This document shows, one piece after another, positions 13,001-26,210 of a DNA stretch of 64,000 nucleotides. Position 1 is the stretch's first letter; every line of letters starts with the position of its first letter. The DNA lies in assembly GCA_044892525.1 (NCBI GenBank), contig CM097885.1:46502001-46566000 (forward strand). The letters are read 5' to 3'. The position numbers were made by a program, and so were the translations under genes. The notes under the pieces were generated by a model. The model was not told where the DNA came from. It did no database searches and saw nothing but the letters and a program-made list of their open reading frames with translations. This DNA is from Schmidtea polychroa. Lineage: Eukaryota.

Positions 13001-15670
13001 ACGAAGCTTAATTAAAGAACAATACGAAGCACTACATAAGGTATATGTACAAGCAGCAACAACTAAGAAAATCGTTCAAATCCCCATCAATGAAGCCGAT
13101 AATCTGTTCCCAGTGCACCACGACACCTCGGCGAAGTCATCGTCTCCATTTAAGAGGTCCTGTCGTGAGTGCGTAGAAACCGAACTTTCACCGAAATGTT
13201 TAGATATTATCTTCACGGGGACTAGTAAAGCACAGCCAAATATCATACCCACACCCGCAGGGCCGCAGGTGAATCAACCAATATCCGAAACCTAAGCGCC
13301 GGCAACTATCGAGGGCCGAGCGCAAGAAGAGGCAGCACGAACGAGCGTTAACAAAATCAAACGACCCCTCAACGGGAAATCCGATCAATATCGACGACTC
13401 CCACATATCCATCGATCTAACCACAGGAATCCCAGCGCGGATTATCTCAGCCGCTGGTGTGACATGGGAGGAAAATGCCGCCGAATTCTTCGATTTAGAT
13501 GAATTGCTAAAAGACACCGAGTGGGAGAAATGAACACCCACCGCGAAATGCTCTCCTCGACTACCATCTGACATACTCTATTGTCTTGTATTTTCATTGA
13601 TTCTCTCCCTTATGATAGTAACCTTTGCAATGTACAAAATTCAGTGTTATAATATTATAATAAAAGTGTTGTTCTTACCTGTTTTTTTGATGAGGAATTA
13701 GGTACCGAATTTTGGGTAAATGAAAGTTTTCTAGATTTGACGTGTCTCAATAAATTTGCACTCGGCGTACTTCAGCGAGGGGTTTGACAGCGTGATTAGA
13801 CGTAAGTCCTCCTATCGGCAGTCGTGTGGAAGGAAGTCGAGGCCTCAGTAAGGAGTAGTTCTAAGGCAGGGGCTCACCTGCTTACTGGCGTCTCGCCGAC
13901 ATAGTACAGTTCCAACGTGAAGTAATTCACGGGTACTATGTTGGAGGATAGGTTATGTGGGGTTCTACTCAAAGTTGACAAAAGGATAGCTATTAGGCGA
14001 AAATGGACAATCTCCCCTTAGGGCAGAGCGTTAAAATAGGGCGGTCAACCGAGTGGTACCCCAACAATAGTTGAGTTTAACGTAAAGTGACCAGATATTT
14101 TTTGTTGGAATGCGGGACATTTTCAAATTAAAACCGCATAATCCGGGACGTCTAGTCACTTTATACTAAACCTATGCACGAATACACACTAATAAAGTGT
14201 GCATTGTGGAATACTATGATAAGAACACTTTTTTTATTTCTTCGCTAGAAGAATGTGTATATTTCATATTTAAATTGTATAAAGACTGTATACTGATTAT
14301 TTAACCCAAATTACAATGTACAATATTCTATTATATAACTATACATTTTATGGGAAAAAAGACGAATAAAGAAAAAAATAGAAGAAACAGAAGCAAAATA
14401 AAAACACTTTAATTTTTTGATAGTTTTTTTTGATAATCAGGAATTTTCGGCAGCCTTTTTAAAGTGATTTATACATATGAATAACATGAACCTTATACAT
14501 AATTGAATAATAAATTAAACTGATTTAAAACATAGGATTAAACTTTGCACTTTTGTTTTGTACACAAAAATAACAAAAATAGAAATATATTTTTTTAAAT
14601 ACTTAAGCAATGTGAATTCGCTAAAAGCTCATGATATACTTGAATTGAAACATTTGCATTTTATAATTTAAATAATTAATACCAGTTAAACTAAAGCAGT
14701 GTTATTTAATTGGAAACGTTACTTTACAAATAGATATATGTGCAATACGGGACAATTTTCAATGCAGGGCATACGATTTCAATCCGGGAAAGTCCTGCAT
14801 AATCCTGACATCTGGTCACTTTAGTTTAACGGAATGTCGGTTTGATAGTGATGATTGGTTTTCACTCTATATCCGACTCCGAGATATAATTCTGTGAGAC
14901 GAACAATACTTCAAATTCCACAAAACAAACTTAATCTCGTCAATTATTCAAATTTGCATTAATTAATTAAAAGTGATAGTAAAATTCTTAACGTAATATA
15001 TTTATACATGTGCATAATTTTTATACTAAAATTTGTCAATGACGATAAGAGACTGCAGCAAAAAGTATTAGGTATCCCAATGAACGGAATTTGACTAGTG
15101 TTGAGGTTCCAAGAATCTCAACTTGATGATCTTATATAAATAAATAAGTCAAACACTGGTTCTTTCAAGACTTTTATTTGATAACAATAATGATATATTA
15201 CAAAATAAAATATTTACCTTTTCACACAGTCAATTATGTAATTTTATATAGGGTTCTCTTTTTGTCTTGTTTTGTTTGCTAATAGTCTCTAAATGCTATT
15301 ACCTGAGCTCGGTTATGTAAATCTGTATGCTCAAATTTATATTGCAATATCAATTACTGAATTTGCAATTCTTCTTCGCAAATGATTTTTGGGGTGTTTT
15401 GACTGAAATATCAGTCTGTATATATACCAATTTTCTGTTGACACCCCATTTGGAGTGTCAACATACCTTGTTTACTCAATTCAAATGTGAATTGCCAATT
15501 TTAAAATCACTGTAAATTATTTATTTGTTTTACTTGATTGGAAATGACTTGCATTGTCAACAGCTTGGGCTAGCTTTCTCCCGTGGATTTTATTTCATTT
15601 TCAAAACTAACTTGGCAAGATTTTTTTTTGAATTAATTATTTATCATTTTATTATTATTATATATATAAA

Positions 15671-15747
<77 letters not shown>

Positions 15748-18700
15748 ATAGTTTATTTATTAGATTTAAATTTTATCAACCTCAACACTATGCTACAGTT
15801 GTTTATTTGTTTATTAAATTTAACTTTTATTAATTTTCAAATGCAGCATCCCTGACAAAAATAACAAAAGATCAAAGGTGAAAAATACATTGTCAATCTA
15901 TAACTACCCTTATTAAGGGGCTATGCAAATAAACATAGTTTCTTTGCATAATCCCTCAATTAATTGCTATTTAAAAATTCACATCACCATAAAAATAAAA
16001 ACAATCGATAATCACCATTGTCATAATCAAAATAAAATAATCTAATCAATATAGTCATAATTGTCGATAGATCACCAAATTGTCATCATCATAGTTATCT
16101 TGTATTCAAATTAATTTTCATTAACTTATTTCTGAATATGTATATTTATTCTATATCTATCTGTCCCTATTGTATAATATTTTAATTTTAAAATTTTTAG
16201 GATTCTCCCATCTTCTAACACTAGAGTAAATAAACTGGATAGTAACGTAAATAACATTAATAGTGTCTAAAAATGATGAAAGTAAATTTGTTTTGGTATT
16301 AACATTATGTTGGTATATGTTTATAACTAAGTCTCAAACTTCGGTTGGATTATGTTCAGATTTTTTATTAGCGAATTTTACAAAAAAAGTAGTATGCTCA
16401 TTACAAACACATTTTTACATTTTTTACATTTTTACACAGATTTAGACTTTTTGTCTTTACATTTTGGACAGATTTGACATCATCCCCTTTCAAAGATTTA
16501 GTGAATGGTTCGACAATATTTTCTTCAGTATGTTTTTTTTAATTTTTCATTCATCTCACAAATAAGCTTATTTAAAAAGTTCTCTCTGGAGATTGATTTA
16601 TTCTTTCTTAAGAATTCTAGGTATCACTGAGGTTCCTAATAATTCTTTCGCCTTGGTTCATTTTTGTAACCTTACCAACTTTACGGTAAAAAGTTGGGCA
16701 TTCAAAAGATAACTAGTTTCAGAATTTGTAAGACACCAAATCTTTATGTCACATTTGCCTGGTATGGTAGGTATATATATTTGAAATGGCACACGACCTC
16801 GAAAATTACTCAACTGTTAAATATTCAGAAGAAATGTAATTTTTTGTATAGTTATCAATGAATGAACTGTCACGTCTTTTTTGCTTCGGTCCCTGTTAGC
16901 TCTGATGTCAAATCTTATATTTTAGCATATTACTCTGAATTTGTGGTCGGATATTACTATAAAGTTATATTATAGGAGTGAATAAATATTAGTCATAAAA
17001 AGTACAATATATAATATATTTTCTCAACATTATCTGTTTATTTATTTATTTGTGATTCTGGAACGCTCAAAGTTTACTACAATTTTTCCCAATTCAATAT
17101 TTTTTACAATTTTTTAATGGAGCATTTTTGAAGACCATTTACCATTGATATACAGCAATTATAATTTCCACACTTTCCGATTTTATTATACTTGCGTAAC
17201 ATGCTTAGATTTGACATACACAAGAATATTAATTTTTCTTGGTTAAAGCGATCATATATATCAATTACTTTTTCAATGTAAAAATTTATTCAAACATACA
17301 AAGTTTAAAAAATCAATCTACAAGAAAATTTAATAAAATTCAGTAAGTATCTGCACAAATTCCATTGGAACTGAACTTACAAAGTTAATTTTTTCATCAG
17401 ATCATTATCATCACCATATATCATATCAATCATCATAAAGAAAAGTTAAATTCTTCAATTTTAAATCCAGCATTGAGTACTTAACCCTTACAACACTCCT
17501 GGGATATTTTATATCCCAAACATTATTTCTATTATTTATATGTCATCTTTATCCCAAATTCAATGTAATATGTGTGTTCCAATAATTTATGGTATTATGC
17601 GAATGTTGTTAAGTTGGTAGTACAGTATTTGTAGTGTATCAACCGGTTCATGCCTGTTCAGTGTCAATTGTAATGTGATAGAGGTGTGACTGTGCAAACA
17701 TTTTACGTATTATTTCATTAATTCAGTGTTGAAAGGGTTAATCAAATCTTGAAGGTAAGAATAACGAGAATGTTCACAAGAAATACAACAAAATTTTTAG
17801 TTTTAAAGTAATTCAGTAACAAAAAACTATTTTTATTCAATTATTTTATAAAACGGATAAACGCAAAAAAAGGCGCCTTAGAACAACCTAGTTTTGTAAA
17901 AAAGGCAATCCTAATTCAGATGAGAACATATCTTTAATTGAAGCGTTTTTTTTATTTAGAGATTCCAATAAATAGTCTCTGCAGTTCAGAGCCAGAGTTT
18001 TTTGTCGATAGGGATTTCAAAGGAAGAACTCGTAGATATAAGATTGGCGATTTTCTATAATATTTGCATTATAACATTATTAATTCGGTCAGTCATCTAT
18101 TTTCCCAAATATTTTAGTTGTTTAGACTACAATCATTTGACGAAAGTCTGATTCAAACATTGAAGTTATAGAATTTAATTTTTCTCCCATTGTTTAAGAC
18201 ATTTTCTGATATGTAAGTAGTCATGGAATCTAAAATGAGGCGATGATTTCCTGATTGATCTAACCTTTGGAATTTATTTTAATTATTGTTTAATAGAAGT
18301 TCTTCATCTATCTAACAATGCATGCCTTCTCATGAGGAGATTACACCAAATGTTGCTACCTTTAAAATTTAATATCTTTTACTTACCTGTCCTTTTTTTA
18401 AGTTTACACTGAAGCATTACTATTTAACTTGTTTGCCATCAGTTCCTTATAATATTGCACTTTAACCTTGGACAAAACCTTTTTCTTTTTCATCCTTACT
18501 GCTTAGAATTTGACACCTAAATTATCGTTCTCTTCTTACTCTATTTACTCTTCGACATCTACGAATAGAGCTGAGTCACTGCCTTTTTCAAAATAATAAA
18601 CAAATTGAATAACATTAATCTTCACAATTGTGATCTTTGCATAAGTTTGTTATTGAAAAAACTTATGTGAAAACTCATCTTTTATTGATTGAATTATCGC

Positions 18701-21700
18701 AACTCACTATCTAACACAAAATATTGAATTAGAATTACATAATATTTAAAGCTCTATCAGTTACATTTAAACTGATCACTGAATTGTATAAAATACAATT
18801 CCATTTGTGATATAAATATAAGTTCCGTCAGTCGACTATTTTTATAATTTGTTTATCTGTTTAGATTACAATGTCTTCATTAAGGTTTGATTCAAAACGT
18901 GAAGTTTTATAGTCAGTCTTTTTAGGACAAGAAGCTACTTCCTCCTTTGGATCCCGCAACTACTCCGGTAGGTGAATATGTGAAATAATTTTAGAAAAAG
19001 TTCACGTTTGACCAAAGTCAAGTCAAAAGATTTCGCAATTTGGTTAAAATAAAAATAAAGAATAATACAAAATTTTTTTTACTAACTTATGGAAAATTTT
19101 GAAAATTAATCGATGTTTTCTGATATATTTCGCACAGGAACAATTATTTAATTACTATAAATATATTCGCCATGAGGTTATATTTCGGCACCGAAAACAA
19201 ATAATTAAACTTATTGTACAATTTAATTTAAAGTCTATTAAAAGCTATGATTTCCCAATTCAACATAGAGTTACAGTTTTAAAATAAATAATTTTGTTAC
19301 ATCATTCAATTTTCAGAAAAAATTGGGCATAATTCTGATAATCTTGATTAAGATGCTATGAATAAATGAAACAATATTTCAAGTTTTAATTTACTCTGTG
19401 TACATTTATTTACGTCAACATTATCAACTAAACCTTTGACCGGTCATGAGAAAATCACCGGAAATGAAGTATCTTATCAATAGACGAAAGATTATTTATT
19501 AGAAATACAATTAGCGTAATATCTAATTAGAATAATCTTGTTCGTCGGTTTTTCTAATAACGCACTGAGATTGTTTATTATAAGCCGCCAAATAGACCAA
19601 TAACAATGGAGATTTATTATGTCGCATTGATTAATTTTTAAAACTTTCAATTGAACAGTTATTAAGAAAAAATTAATATATTTCAACCTTAATATTTATT
19701 GTAAAAATAAAAATAATAATATTAATCTTTTGCTTTCACCTTTGATCTTTTATTAATTCAATAATTTTTCTTTTAATATTTGTAAAACTATAGATGAAAA
19801 CCAGGGGCGCTCTAAGCGGGCGTGCAACGCGTGCGTTGTGATGTACGTTAGATATTTATTATTTATATGATTTGCAACCTTAGATATGGCCGGAAGAAAA
19901 ACTAAACGTTTATTTTTTACTTTAATTAAAATGTTATTTTTATTTTGGATTATAGAAAAATTTTTTAAAGGATGGGGAGCCGCAGGAAATTATTTTGCAC
20001 GCAGGCGCCCGAACAGCTCGGTACGCCTCTGATCAAAACAATAAATAAAATACACGATTTTCTTTTGATCTCTAATTTTAGAAATATTAATATGAAAATT
20101 ATTGAATAATAATAATAATGTTAAAATACAATCTTAAAATAGAACTGACATCAATAAATTATCCGAAAACTGAATTAATTCAATTCAACCAATATAATAA
20201 TGATTGATCTACATATTAAAATTGTGAGTGAAAATTAATATAGAGTTGGATGAATTGACGATAATTGCAGTTCTACTTTTCACTTTGTCCTTCTCATTAT
20301 CTCTTATTATTTATCAATTTGTTCACATGAATATTTCCAAATGTATTCAATATAAATTTTTACAAGTACCATTTTCGTTGTTATTTTTGTTGGGTATTTA
20401 TTGAAAGGCAATACTAGTTTCTGACTCTTCGGTGTCCTTATTCAAATAGAACAACCCAACATAATAACTTTTATTCAAAATAACGGAAATTGGTTATATA
20501 TCTTCCCCCGATTCGCACTGATTCGACTCTTGAGGTTACCAATTTTATTTACATCTTCCCGTGTTTTCTTTACTAACTAATTTGTTGTCAAATTAGAGAT
20601 CTCGGGGCTTTCACATAACCCATTTACCTCGGGGTAATTTTATCAATTCCTCCAATTTGCCTAGCTCTAATTAAATAATTTTGTTGACAATCCGAGTTTC
20701 TCACACTGCTCTGGTTTTCCATTAGTTATTAATTTTAATTTTCTTTAAATATTTCTTTCTGAGATTTCCATTGCTTTTATTTTACTATATTTGAATTCGT
20801 CTCATCATTCGCCAAAAACCAGTACCCCAAAATATATTTATTTAAAAATTTAATTTCAAGGAGAAAACCAGAAAAGGCAAAGAATAAGCCAATCGCGAAA
20901 TGCTCAATTGGAAATAACAAAGCTAAGGCGATGTTCGACACTTGAGCAGATTTGAACGTTATAGGTGAAGAATCATACTTAGAATTACAAATACTTACAT
21001 ATTAGAATATATGAAAATAGCCCCAAAATCTGATGTGCATATGAAAGTGAAGCAGTGTGTCGAAAAATTACAATTAACCACTTGCCGGGCGCGCGCTCAA
21101 ATACGAGTGCAAAAAATGTGTACCATTTCGGGCGAGCGCTCACATGTGAGCGCAAACTCATATAGAAAAAATATTGTCCTTTGAATAAGAAATCTATCCC
21201 GGGCGTGGACTAACATATGAGCGATATTTCGAACAACATTATTTTACGATATTTATGTTCTAAATTGCCATTTCTTAGGTCATTTTTTTTATAAACACAT
21301 GTGAATTTTCGGTTATACACACATGAATTCCAGGTTTGTATTTTTTTTCATATTTTCTAAAATATCAGTTGTCCAATATCCACGCGCGCGACTGCATCGT
21401 TTTTGAATTGTTTCACTTCGTTCTTCGGACATTTCGTGTTTTTCAAACTGTTTTTTTGTTTGTGTATGTGTGTGTGCACTTTGATATATAATAACAACAA
21501 TTAATAATTAGTGAATACAAACTCGGAAAATTAAAAAAAATATATTTACGTTATATTTTGATTATATACTATTAATTAATGATTTAAAAAAATAGTTTTT
21601 TTTTGACCGAAAACATGAAAAAAAAATCGCCCGGCAAGTGGTTAAGTTTTACGATTGAGCCGATTTTAACTAGTCATGTCTTTGATACCATGCCGAACAT

Positions 21701-24700
21701 ATTTTCGCATTTATTATTATCAATCAAGTAATTAGTAATACACCTATCCATCGTTTAACCAAATTAATTCGTTCACGAAAAGTCGTTCGTAAATCGATTT
21801 TTACATTATGTACATAATTTAGATTTATAAAGTATAAATTAAGTAAATCTTAATGTTGATGTTAATTATTATTTTATCATTATGCTATTATTATTAATAA
21901 TTATTATTGTGAACAATAATTTTAAAACGATCAAAATTTTATTGCGAATTAATTTAAAATTTTTAAAAAATGCTTGAAAAGCATTTAAGTTGCGAAGCAT
22001 ATACACCAGGGGCGTAGCCAGAAATTCTTGAGGAAGGGTGCCCAAAAAAAATTTTTTTGAACCACAAAAACTTAAAATTTTAACATTTATTTCAAAAATT
22101 TTAACTTTTACATAATTCATACATTTATTTTAATTCTACGGGGAGATTTTGACATTTCAATCATAACTTCTTCGATCTCAATTGACTCATCTCTATAAAT
22201 ATTTAATTAAACTAATCCATCTAAGCGATCCTCAGTCATCGTAACACGGTCAAAAGTTTTGATTAAATTTAATTTACTAAAGCTTCTTTCAAACGTATAA
22301 TTGGTAACCGGAAGGGCTACTAGTGTTGAAAGCAACTTTAAACGTTCGGAAAAATGTACTATTACAAGACTTGATATGATCGATTATTGAATTTGGTTTT
22401 TCAACAAGCTTCGATAATCTCAAATTCCACATTTCTGCCCTTAATTGAGTTGTTGAAGCTTGCAAGTAGTCACCATAAATGTCCAAAATATCATCAACAG
22501 CTTTCGCAATTTCTTCTTCAGCAATAATGTTATGGTTAGTAATGATTCGAAATCCTGTCAAAATTCTTTGTGCTTTTGAAATCTTTCCTCAAGTTCGCTG
22601 CAGAAATTACTAATAAGCGAGTTGAATAAAATATTTTGATAATATTCTTTTGTGCTTAATATAACCATAAGTGGTCTACCACAAAATCTCGGTTTTTGAA
22701 TATCAATTTTATTTTTCAGCAATTTTTGTTACATTTGAATATATCGCATCAAACTTGTTTGATAAACCTCCCTCAATTTCCTTGAATGTGTCAATAATAT
22801 CCGATGATGCTTCTATAGCTTGTGTTATGTCGATTGAAACTGATTGTAAATATCTGCTAAGTCTTACAGTAATGCTCAGTGTATAGTCAAGTGACAATAA
22901 AGACACTATAAATTCAAATGTAAGAATCGTATTTAAGAATCCAATTGCTAAATATGAAGCATCATCATTCCATTCAACAATGCTCTGTAAGCCAGACACA
23001 ACTCCATCGAAAAGTTCAGTGAAAGTTGCAGTTGTTTGATGGCGCTCTATAAATCGTGTAGGAGATATATTTTTAAACTTTTTTTTGGTGCTTTCTGCAA
23101 TACTTTCTAAAAGAACTTGCTGACGCTTTGGTGTATTAAAAAAGTTCAAAAAATTTGCTTAATTTTCTCAGTACAGCTTTTAAGTAAGGCAATATTACAC
23201 GAATCTGTCAATGCCAAATTAAGACAGTGACTCATGCAATGAATGTAGATAGCACTTGGAAAACTATCTCTAAGCCTTCTTGCAACGCCTGATTTCTCTC
23301 CTGCCATAACAACCGCTCCATCATATCCCTGACCGACCCAGAAGCTTAAATCTACATTAAGTTCTTGAAAAATTTTCATTATCTCTGATGATATTCCATC
23401 GGCGGTTTTATTGATTATTGGAACAAATTTTACAGTCTTCATTGATTTCAAGCTTATCGAAATCGAAGTAACGCACTCCAATAGCCAACTGTTATTTGTT
23501 AGCTCTATTCGACGTTTTTATTTCGTTTTGAATCGTAGGACTCAGATAATTTGCATTTTTTGGAGTATTTTGTGGTAGTTCGTTAAATACCTTATCCGAA
23601 TGTGCTCGCCATAGAAGGAGGGCTCGTAAATTTCCATCATTTACATTGTTATCTGTTGAAAGTAATAAGCCTGAATCATATTTTCCACGCAACGAAATGT
23701 TTTGACGACCACATAAAATAATAGATTCTATGATTGGATATAACAATAAGCGATTCTTCTGCTTTTCCAGATTCAATTTTTTTTTAATTATCATATTAAT
23801 TGGCTGAGTTTTTCCTTCCGATATAGAGCTTAAAGATGTCACATTAGCTACAGTTTTTAGATGAGAAGCAATGCTTTGATGATGTGTAAAATTTTAGTGA
23901 GAGAGGACATTCTCAAAATTGAACCTAGTTAAAAATGAAAAATGAACTTAGAACATGCATGCAGCTAGAACGGTTAAATAGCTTGTCTTAAATGTCAATT
24001 GAAAGTGAACTCCTACAAAAAATTGATTTTGATGACGTTATCAATGATTTCATTTTAGCAACGCGTCGAAAAATTAACTTCTAATAAATAACACTGCAAG
24101 TTTTAAATCACGAATATCAATAATTATGGCCATTGTGGTGGAGTCGTTATAACTAACAGTAACACCCAAGAAGACCGAAGAAGCGATTGAATTTAATAAA
24201 TAATTCATTTTTATTTAATTTATTTTATCAATGATCAATCATCCTAAATAAATATTTTTTCTCATCTCTTTGTTCAATATTTACAATTATTACATTTATT
24301 CAGATTATTCTATTGATTTCAAATTTGACTAAATACCTATAGGGAAAGACTCTTTAAAAATGTAGTTTACAGAGGTTTAATTTTTCAGATAAAATTATGC
24401 CTGGCAAAAGAGGCCCAGATTTTTATTCTCGATAAAGAAATAATCTTTTTCCCAGTTACTTTGAAAAAAACGACTGCTATTATCCACTCTCTACTTCTTT
24501 GACATAACTATTTTTTTGTTGAAATGATTATAGATAAAAAAATGAAATCAATAAGAGACCTTCCTACCTTTATTGAAAATTTGCTTGCCTTTTATATTTT
24601 ATAAACAAAACAAAACATAGCAAAACATAATAAAGCAAAACATTACTAAAAACAGGAATGGTTTCAACATCAATAGTAAATAAATATATATTATATAACA

Positions 24701-26210
24701 TCATTTTAGTATTAAAGATAAAAATTTCATATTGATTTTTTACACATATTTAATCTTTTTCGTTTTTTAATCTAGATTAATAATAAACAGTAATTATTGA
24801 TTTCAAGACAAGGGTAATTGTTTCGAAAACTTTAACAAATATGGAAGTTTAAAGAGTGCCAATAAAAGGGCTAACGCGTGCCACACTTTGGGAAGCCCTA
24901 AAATATAAACAAGGAGAATATTCAGTCAAGGAATTTTGCCAGAAAATCGAAAAATATGCTGATAAAATTTTGAATCATAAATTGGATAAGGAAACTTTAA
25001 CGGAGTTCTCGTTATTTAATGCCATTGAAAATAAAGAAGTTAAGATGGGTTTAAAGATGCAAGAGATACATCCAATCGTATCATGCAACTATTTGGTAGT
25101 TTCCTGAGTTTATTAGAAAAGATGAAGCCGACAACAAAGTTTTGATTGAGCAATTATTTGGAGGTTACAGAGAGATTTTCCAGAAGTAACACGGGAAATA
25201 ATGAAATCAATCAATAATTATTGCAAAATCTATGCATTTAACGCGATTGGCAAGCATTAAGTTTAATTGACCAATCATATTGATGAATATCTCAAGCAAA
25301 TTTATTGATCGAAATGAATCAATTCAAACTGATTTGCCGACAGTAACACACGTAACACGGGAAATAATGAAATCAATCAATAATTATTGCAAAATCTATG
25401 CATTTAACGCGATTGGCAAGCATTAAGTTTAATTGGCCAATCATATTGATGAATATCTCAAGTAAATTTATAATTTCATAATAAAATTATTGCATTATTG
25501 AAATGAAATGTTGACCTACCTCAAATTGGAAATCTAATTGTAATAATCCTTGGAAAATAAATAAATTTTTGCAGCAATCCTGCAATACTTGAAAGCTGCC
25601 GACAGTGTAAAATATGAGTTTTCCTTTAATATTATAATTATATGCTAGCAGTGCACCAATGATTGATGTAACCGGGATAATCAATAATGAGATACCAAGT
25701 CTAACCTATAATTCAATCAAGTTTAATTAAATTAAATTAATTTTCAGATTACCGATATCAATACTTTTTCTGAACTTTTATTTATGACCTCAACATAATT
25801 TATAACTATATAACACATTAAGGAAATTGCGGAGATTACATAAATTATCAATTCATATGAACGTTCTTCAAATATTCCACGATACAAATAGGCAATAGTG
25901 AAAACTGAAATAATCTAAAAATCGCTCAACAAATTATTAGTTTACTTGAACAAATAATTGCGATAATAGAGAAAATAATGTTTTCACTAACAGGCAAATC
26001 CGTTGGTTTAGAGGAATCATGCACTAAATTGTTTATTGCCACAGCCAATGAAAACAATAATCCAATTGTACCCATAATTATAACTAATAATTCAAATTTA
26101 TTTAGTTTTGCAAAAGTCTAAATTCAATAATTATGCTCTTATAATTGCAAATTTCAAAATATTACACGAATTTTATAATCAACAATAGGTGCATTATTAA
26201 AATCATCCAT
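7069..26210 (-). CDS. Multi-exon uncharacterised multi-pass membrane protein (host gene) with a ~15.7 kb TE-filled intron; exon boundaries partly approximate
   Basis: Exons with GT/AG ends translate to hydrophobic segments: MDDFNNAP (ATG 26210), TFAKLNKFELLVI, GIFEERSYELIIYV, 25705-25520 VRLGISLL..IFYTVGS..QGLLQLDFQFE, 9849 LCMITL..WRICGYFM, IKYEKRIG..EPSYII, ~8810-8645 ..VIKNFGKGLKEK. Probable last exon ends at TAG 7069. Confidence 0.65.
9919..14066 (+). mobile_element. Giant (4148 bp) solo-LTR-like element A
   Basis: TGTTGGG...CCCCAACA termini with perfect 4-bp TSD ATAG. A-rich 5' tract, TATA at 10272, internal ORF, no gag/pol. Homologous to elements at 46532 and 57255. Confidence 0.88.
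12783..13533 (+). pseudogene. Orphan LTR-encoded protein (CxxC, coiled coil, basic NLS, acidic C-terminus), one frameshift at ~13273-13293
   Basis: N-terminus aligns with ORF 49366 (PCFSCA.KNA.I..L...IG..K..ID..EGTWFSP.QMKE...EHCRD.L..ESR.QR..IK.Q.EALHKVY). The +1 frame continues PKPKRRQLSRAERKKRQ..RIISAAGVTW..DLDELLKDTEWEK*, matching the other copy's C-terminus. ATG follows a TTTACAG acceptor. Confidence 0.8.
14083..14823. mobile_element. Non-autonomous hAT MITE
   Basis: TIR TAAAGTGACCAGAT / ATCTGGTCACTTTA with perfect 8-bp TSD GTTTAACG. Confidence 0.9.
15099..15787. mobile_element. Probable solo LTR (689 bp) containing a (TA)n tract
   Basis: TGTTGAGGTT...AACCTCAACA termini. TSD CTAG/CTAT (3 of 4). 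Confidence 0.65.
15675..15744. repeat. (TA)n microsatellite
   Basis: Uninterrupted TA run. Confidence 0.95.
16640..16820 (-). pseudogene. piggyBac transposase remnant
   Basis: Reads QLSNFRGRVPFQIYIPTIPGKCDIKIWCLTNSETSYLLN, matching the piggyBac FRGRCxFxQYIPSKPxKYGIKIW block. Confidence 0.75.
17485..17737. mobile_element. piggyBac-type MITE
   Basis: TTAA|CCCTTACAACACT ... AGTGTTGAAAGGG|TTAA. Confidence 0.85.
19802..20031. mobile_element. Short hAT-type MITE
   Basis: CAGGGGCG...CGCCTCTG ends. 8-bp TSD ATGAAAAC/ATCAAAAC. Confidence 0.75.
20388..20830. mobile_element. Truncated LTR related to the 4075-4958 solo LTR
   Basis: TGTTGGG start. Shares GCTCTGGTTTTCCATT and GAA(C/T)TCGTCTCAT blocks with 4075-4958. 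No clear right terminus. Confidence 0.5.
20880..20970 (+). pseudogene. Retropepsin (LTR-retrotransposon protease) fragment
   Basis: KPIAKCSIGNNKAKAMFDT*ADLNVIGE, a DTG(A) motif broken by a stop. Confidence 0.6.
21078..21641. mobile_element. TTAA-specific (piggyBac-type) MITE
   Basis: TTAA|CCACTTGCCGGGCG ... CGCCCGGCAAGTGG|TTAA, perfect 14-bp TIR. Confidence 0.9.
22007..23890 (-). mobile_element. 5'-truncated hAT transposon (Tip100/PRKRIR-ZMYM1-like transposase, fragmented)
   Basis: End CAGGGGCGTAGCC at 22007. Fragments CGRQNISLRG, YLSPTIQNE, GQGYDGAVVMAG, YIHCMSHCLNL, TRFIERH. Confidence 0.85.
23900..24085 (+). pseudogene. hAT C-terminal dimerisation-domain fragment of a different element
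   Basis: ERTFSKL..NELRTCMQLERLNSLS..SIESELLQKIDFDDVINDF. Confidence 0.65.
24856..25075 (+). pseudogene. Gypsy gag fragment
   Basis: EALKYKQGEYSVKEFCQKIEK..HKLDKE..NKEVK aligns with gag at 59147 (EALSYEQGSDSAETFIEKIKK..HKWDEE..DREVK). Confidence 0.65.
25187..25470. repeat. ~120-bp direct duplication (25187-25305 / 25353-25470)
   Basis: Near-identical GTAACACGGGAAATAATG...GAATATCTCAAG copies. Confidence 0.85.

Noticed and set aside
9919..14066. Ginger-type DNA transposon (TGT ends, 4-bp TSD)
   Set aside because: The terminal inverted match is only ~7 bp and no integrase is encoded. Solo LTR fits better, though it is not proven.
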